Below are positions 60,423 through 64,000 of a stretch of DNA of 64,000 nucleotides, piece by piece. Source of the stretch: a bacterium (GTDB lineage Bacteria > Eisenbacteria > RBG-16-71-46); contig JANNWR010000124.1 in assembly GCA_031408715.1 (NCBI GenBank), positions 8,021 through 72,020 on the forward strand. Reading direction: 5' to 3'. A program made the translations under genes and the position numbers. The stretch's first letter is position 1. Each line of letters opens with the position of its first letter. The notes below the pieces were generated by a model, which was given only the letters and a program-made list of their open reading frames with translations, ran no database searches and was not told the origin of the DNA.

Positions 60423-60443
60423 GAACCCGTCCACGACGGGTTC
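60423..60443 (-). terminator. Hairpin after purF, a possible terminator without a clear U-tract
   Basis: Perfect 9-bp stem GAACCCGTC / GACGGGTTC with a 3-nt loop, 20 nt downstream of the purF stop. Confidence 0.3.
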
Positions 60444-60462
60444 CTGAGGACGGGCACAGCGC

Positions 60463-61896
60463 TCAGCGTCGCGGCAGGGACCCGCGCTCCATGTGCTCGA
60501 TCGCCAGCTTGCTGGTGCCGGGATCGACCGGCACCGGGTAGGCGCCGGTGAAGCAGGCCCGGCAGAAGCGCGCGGGCTCGCGTTCGGCAGCCAGCATGCC
60601 TTCGAGCGACAGGTAGCCGAGGGTTTCCACGCCGAGGTAGTCGCGGATCTCGTCGACTGTCTTCAACGCTCCGATCAACTCGCGGCGGCTCGGTGTGTCG
60701 ATGCCGTAGAAGCACGGGTGCGTCACGGGTGGCGAGCCGACCCGGAAGTGCACTTCCCTGGCGCCGGCGCGACGCAACAACCGCACCAGCTTCCGACTCG
60801 TCGTGCCGCGCACGATCGAGTCGTCGACCACCACGACGCGCTTGCCCTCGAGCACTTCCTTGACCGGATTGAACTTCACGCGCACGCCGAAGTCACGGCC
60901 AGCCTGATTCGGCTGGATGAAGGTGCGGCCCACGTAGTGATTGCGGATCAATCCCAGTTCGAACGCCACGCCGGACCCCTCCGCGAACCCCAGTGCGATG
61001 GAGTTGCTCGAATCGGGCACCGCGATCACCACATCGGCATCGGCGGGATGCTCCTTGGCCAGTTCGCGCCCCAGCCGCCGGCGCACCCGATCGACCGTGT
61101 CGCCGAACACCCGGCTGTCCGGGCGCGAGAAGTAGATGTGCTCGAAGATGCAGTGCTGGAGCGGTTCGGCGGCCGGCAGGGCGCGACGGGAACGCAGCCC
61201 CTGCGGGTCGAGCGTCACCATCTCGCCGGGCTCGACCTCGCGAATGAACTCCGCGCCCACGAGATCGAACGCGCACGTTTCGCTGGCGACCACGTATCCG
61301 TCGCCCAATCGGCCGATGCACAGCGGCCGGAAGCCGTGCGGGTCGCGCAGTGCGATGACGGTGTGCTCGGTGAGAACGACGATGGAGTACGCCCCGCGCA
61401 CCTGGCGCGCGGCCTCGGTCAGCGCCTCCTCGACATCGTTCGTGCCGCTCAGTGCCATCAGGTGCAGGAACACCTCGGTATCCAAAGTGGTCTGGAAGAT
61501 GCTGCCCGATTCCTCGAGCCCGGAGCGCACCTCCCGCGCGTTGGTGAGATTGCCGTTGTGCCCGAGTGCCAGCGAACCGCCGCGATACACCACGCGGAGC
61601 GGCTGAGTGTTCTCGAGCGTCAGCCCGCCCGCGGTCGAATAGCGGTTGTGCCCGATGGCCATGTTCCCCGGCATGTGCTCGAGGTCGGCATCGCGATAGA
61701 CATCGGACACCAGCCCGATGCCTTTGTGGGAATGGAACCGCCCGGCGTCGCATGCCACCACACCGGTCGCTTCCTGTCCGCGGTGCTGGAGCGCGTGCAG
61801 CCCGAGTGCGGTGATGGCCGCGGCCTGGGGCACACCCACACAACCGAATACCCCGCACTCCTCGTTCCAACCCTTGAGGTGGTGCCATGCGGTCAT
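60463..61896 (-). CDS. purF: Amidophosphoribosyltransferase
   Basis: Propeptide plus catalytic Cys: MTAWHHLKGWNEECGVFG (compare the Bacillus-type ...GLNEECGVFG). PRPP motif VVVVDDSIVRGTT. C-terminal Fe-S Cys residues. ATGA overlap with the upstream stop. Confidence 0.9.
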   Translation of the reverse strand: MTAWHHLKGWNEECGVFGCVGVPQAAAITALGLHALQHRGQEATGVVACDAGRFHSHKGIGLVSDVYRDADLEHMPGNMAIGHNRYSTAGGLTLENTQPLRVVYRGGSLALGHNGNLTNAREVRSGLEESGSIFQTTLDTEVFLHLMALSGTNDVEEALTEAARQVRGAYSIVVLTEHTVIALRDPHGFRPLCIGRLGDGYVVASETCAFDLVGAEFIREVEPGEMVTLDPQGLRSRRALPAAEPLQHCIFEHIYFSRPDSRVFGDTVDRVRRRLGRELAKEHPADADVVIAVPDSSNSIALGFAEGSGVAFELGLIRNHYVGRTFIQPNQAGRDFGVRVKFNPVKEVLEGKRVVVVDDSIVRGTTSRKLVRLLRRAGAREVHFRVGSPPVTHPCFYGIDTPSRRELIGALKTVDEIRDYLGVETLGYLSLEGMLAAEREPARFCRACFTGAYPVPVDPGTSKLAIEHMERGSLPRR

Positions 61897-62519
61897 GACG
61901 GGCCCCCTTTCGCCGTGCGCTTCGGAGTCGAGCGTGCTGCAGGCGCGCGCGCCGGCTTCGCCGCCACGGCGCGGCCGCCCAGCCAGGGCCACGGCGGCGC
62001 GGACCCATGGCCCGCCTTCCAGTCCTGGAAGTGCGGATTGCTGAGCAGCCCATGCGCGCGGTCGGTGACCGACGCCAGCGACGCGGCAGCGGCCGTGGCG
62101 TCGGTGCCGGCCTCGAACTCGAGCGCCCAGGCCGTGCCCTCACGCACCTCGACCTTGGCGCCGGTCTCCTGCTTCCACCAACGCTCAGCCGCGACGCGGC
62201 GCTCGAGCCCGCGATCGACGACCAGCACGAGTTCCTCCTGCGCGCGAAACGGTGCCGGGTCGGCGGGCTGCATGCGCACGGTGCAGCGTTCCTTCGCGGG
62301 ATTGTAGAAACGCGTGGAACGATGCAGCAGGTCTTCCGACTGCTCGCGCGCCGGCAGCTCACCGCGCAACTCGAACACACGCACGCGGCGCAACGAGCGC
62401 AGCGTACACCCGGCGTCGAGGCGTGCACGTGCGACACCGAGCGCGCTCACCGCTTCCGGGTCCTCGGCGCGCAGTTCGACATAAACCTGCAGCAGAGACT
62501 TCGTCGGTGCGGTGGTCAC
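61893..62519 (-). CDS. purS: PurS-like protein, apparently a tandem (duplicated) PurS fold with a basic low-complexity tail, 208 aa
   Basis: First half: LLQVYVELRAEDPEAVSALGVARARL...RRVRVFELRG. Second half ends HGLLSNPHFQDW, which resembles the PurS C-terminal LL.NP.IE.Y motif. It sits between purQ and purF with 4-nt overlaps on both sides. The assignment is tentative. Confidence 0.55.
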   Translation of the reverse strand: MTTAPTKSLLQVYVELRAEDPEAVSALGVARARLDAGCTLRSLRRVRVFELRGELPAREQSEDLLHRSTRFYNPAKERCTVRMQPADPAPFRAQEELVLVVDRGLERRVAAERWWKQETGAKVEVREGTAWALEFEAGTDATAAAASLASVTDRAHGLLSNPHFQDWKAGHGSAPPWPWLGGRAVAAKPARAPAARSTPKRTAKGGPS

Positions 62520-63346
62520 GCGTCCCCCCGGGGCGAATCGAAATGGCGAGCCAGGCTGCGGAACAAGGTCATCCCGGGTCCGTCCGCGAATGCACTGCCG
62601 TCATGCGCGGCCAGTGCACGGTCGCGTTTCTGTCCCCACTCCCCGCCGATGCCGCGCGACACCTGCCCGAGCTCGGCAGCGCGTTCCGGGTGCGGCATCA
62701 GCGCCAGCACATTGCCGCGCGCGTTGCACAGCCCCGCCACCGCGGCATCGGCACCGTTCGGGTTGTCGGGGAAGTCCTGAGCCGGTTCTCCGTCCGCCCG
62801 CGTGTATCGCAAGGGGGCCTGCCCCGCGGCGACGAGATCGGCGAGCCGGCCCTGCTTGCGCGACGTGAAGCGCCCTTCCCCGTGCGCGATGGGCAACGGC
62901 AACAGCATCCCGGGTTCGAGACCGCGCGTGAACACGCACGCCGACTCCTCGATGCGGCACCACACCCAGCGGGTGTAGTAGCCGGCGCGGTCCGGCATGA
63001 GGTTGCGCGCCAGCGCCACGTCCACGCTGCCGCGGCCGGGCACGAGCCCCGCTTCGACCAGCACCTGTGCTCCGTTACAGATCCCCAGAACCGGCGCACC
63101 CGCCTCGGCCCGCTCCGCGAGCTGCTCGAGCAATGGGTCCTTGGCTGCAAGTGCACCTGCACGCACGCGATCCTGGTACGAGAAGCCGCCCGGCAGCACG
63201 AAGGCATCGAAAGCCGCCAGCTCGTGCGCCGGTCGCGTCCACCGGAACACCTCGGCATCGAGGCCGGCGCGCTGCACCGCACGTGCAGTCTCGGCTTCGC
63301 AGTTCACGCCCGGGAACTGCAGCACCGCGACTCGTGCTGCGCTCAT
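62516..63346 (-). CDS. purQ: Phosphoribosylformylglycinamidine synthase, glutaminase subunit PurQ
   Basis: VAVLQFPGVNCEAETARA, the catalytic Cys in GICNGAQVLVEAGL, and MPHPER. The ATG at 63346 forms an ATGA overlap with the purL stop. Confidence 0.9.
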   Translation of the reverse strand: MSAARVAVLQFPGVNCEAETARAVQRAGLDAEVFRWTRPAHELAAFDAFVLPGGFSYQDRVRAGALAAKDPLLEQLAERAEAGAPVLGICNGAQVLVEAGLVPGRGSVDVALARNLMPDRAGYYTRWVWCRIEESACVFTRGLEPGMLLPLPIAHGEGRFTSRKQGRLADLVAAGQAPLRYTRADGEPAQDFPDNPNGADAAVAGLCNARGNVLALMPHPERAAELGQVSRGIGGEWGQKRDRALAAHDGSAFADGPGMTLFRSLARHFDSPRGDA

Positions 63347-64000
63347 ACGCCCTCCTCGTTCCAGACCTTGCGTAACGCCAACGAACGCGCGGTCGTCAGT
63401 GCGGCGCGCTCCCACGTCACGCTCTCGCCGCCCGCGAAACCCACGCGCAGGCTCGGATGCAGGCTCACCGTGCCGACGGGCCACGCGACGAACCCACGGT
63501 CACGGGCGGCCTGCGACAACCGGGCCATGCGCTCGAACGGCACTTCGTAGAGGATCGCCGGCCGCTCGGAGAACAGCGCCACAGCGGCTTCGACCTCGAA
63601 CGAAGCCAGGTCGATCTCGAACCCGAGCGGCGCGTCATCCGCGGACCCGAGCATCATCTCGGTGAGCGCCACGCCGAGCCCGCCCTCGGACACGTCGTGC
63701 GCCGCGACCGCCCAGCCCCCCTCGGCGATGGCCACTGCCAGTTCGTGCAGCCGTGCTTCGAGCGCCAGGTCCAGCGGTGGCGGCGCCCCGCCGCGCTCAC
63801 GCAGCACTTCGCGCCGGTAGGCCGAACCCTCGAGGCCATCGCGGTCGTCCCCGATCAGCAACAACGCGTGTCCGGCGCTGCGCACACCCAACCCGAGTGC
63901 TTGCGTCACGTCGGTGATGACACCCGCGCACATCACGATCGGTGAAGGCGGGATGGCCTGACGACCGACCTGATTGTACAGACTGACGTTGCCGCTCACG
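63343..64000 (-). CDS. purL: Phosphoribosylformylglycinamidine synthase subunit PurL. Only the C-terminal part is present because the 5' end lies beyond the window.
   Basis: SGNVSLYNQ, HDVSEGGLGVALTEM and further AIR-synthase-like C-domain motifs. The frame is open to the window edge. Confidence 0.85.
   Translation of the reverse strand, partial: VSGNVSLYNQVGRQAIPPSPIVMCAGVITDVTQALGLGVRSAGHALLLIGDDRDGLEGSAYRREVLRERGGAPPPLDLALEARLHELAVAIAEGGWAVAAHDVSEGGLGVALTEMMLGSADDAPLGFEIDLASFEVEAAVALFSERPAILYEVPFERMARLSQAARDRGFVAWPVGTVSLHPSLRVGFAGGESVTWERAALTTARSLALRKVWNEEGV

Overview
The 64 kb window looks like GC-rich bacterial chromosome from a diderm, LPS-making organism. G+C is roughly two thirds by eye and was not computed. 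Coding density is very high. About 50 of 52 genes lie on the minus strand, many joined by 4-nt start/stop overlaps (ATGA, GTGA, TTGA).

Content in minus-strand transcription order, from high to low coordinates:
- purL-purQ-(tandem PurS-like)-purF.
- lysS-lolC/E-lolD-mcsA-mcsB-clpC, with a clean terminator hairpin after clpC.
- A roughly 16 kb outer-membrane/LPS super-operon: bamA-skp-lpxD-lpxC/fabZ fusion-lpxA-Gfo/Idh/MocA oxidoreductase-lpxB-DUF374-waaA-lpxK-nadB-small conserved protein-msbA-GT9 heptosyltransferase.
- A secreted M4-like metalloprotease.
- proS, a second GT9 heptosyltransferase, and a gmhB fusion.
- The only two plus-strand genes: a TPR/polytopic/zinc-ribbon membrane protein and a DUF4388 protein.
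- asnS.
- An 8-gene PstS-like/TPR/STAS/STAS/exbB/exbD/exbD/tonB operon.
- Yip1, a TolC-like gene, an HlyD-type adaptor, an ABC ATPase and three tandem MacB-type permeases.
- uvrA-tdh-kbl.
- gcvT-gcvH followed by four uncharacterised genes, including a GlmL/MutL-family ATPase.

I recognised no rRNA, tRNA, CRISPR array, transposase, integrase or obvious defence system. The lpxC-fabZ fusion, the exbBDD-tonB-PstS-TPR cluster and a FlgD-Ig/T9SS-like C-terminal domain suggest an FCB-group relative such as Gemmatimonadota-like. That is inference only.

The most interesting items are:
- the STAS pair embedded in the Ton operon;
- the plus-strand TPR/zinc-ribbon plus DUF4388 pair;
- the uncharacterised tail of the gcvTH operon;
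- a triple tandem SD+ATG cassette at the lpxA start;
- the accessory genes (Gfo/Idh/MocA, DUF374) wired into the lipid A operon.

All homology calls come from reading the translated ORFs and recalling family motifs. No database search was run.
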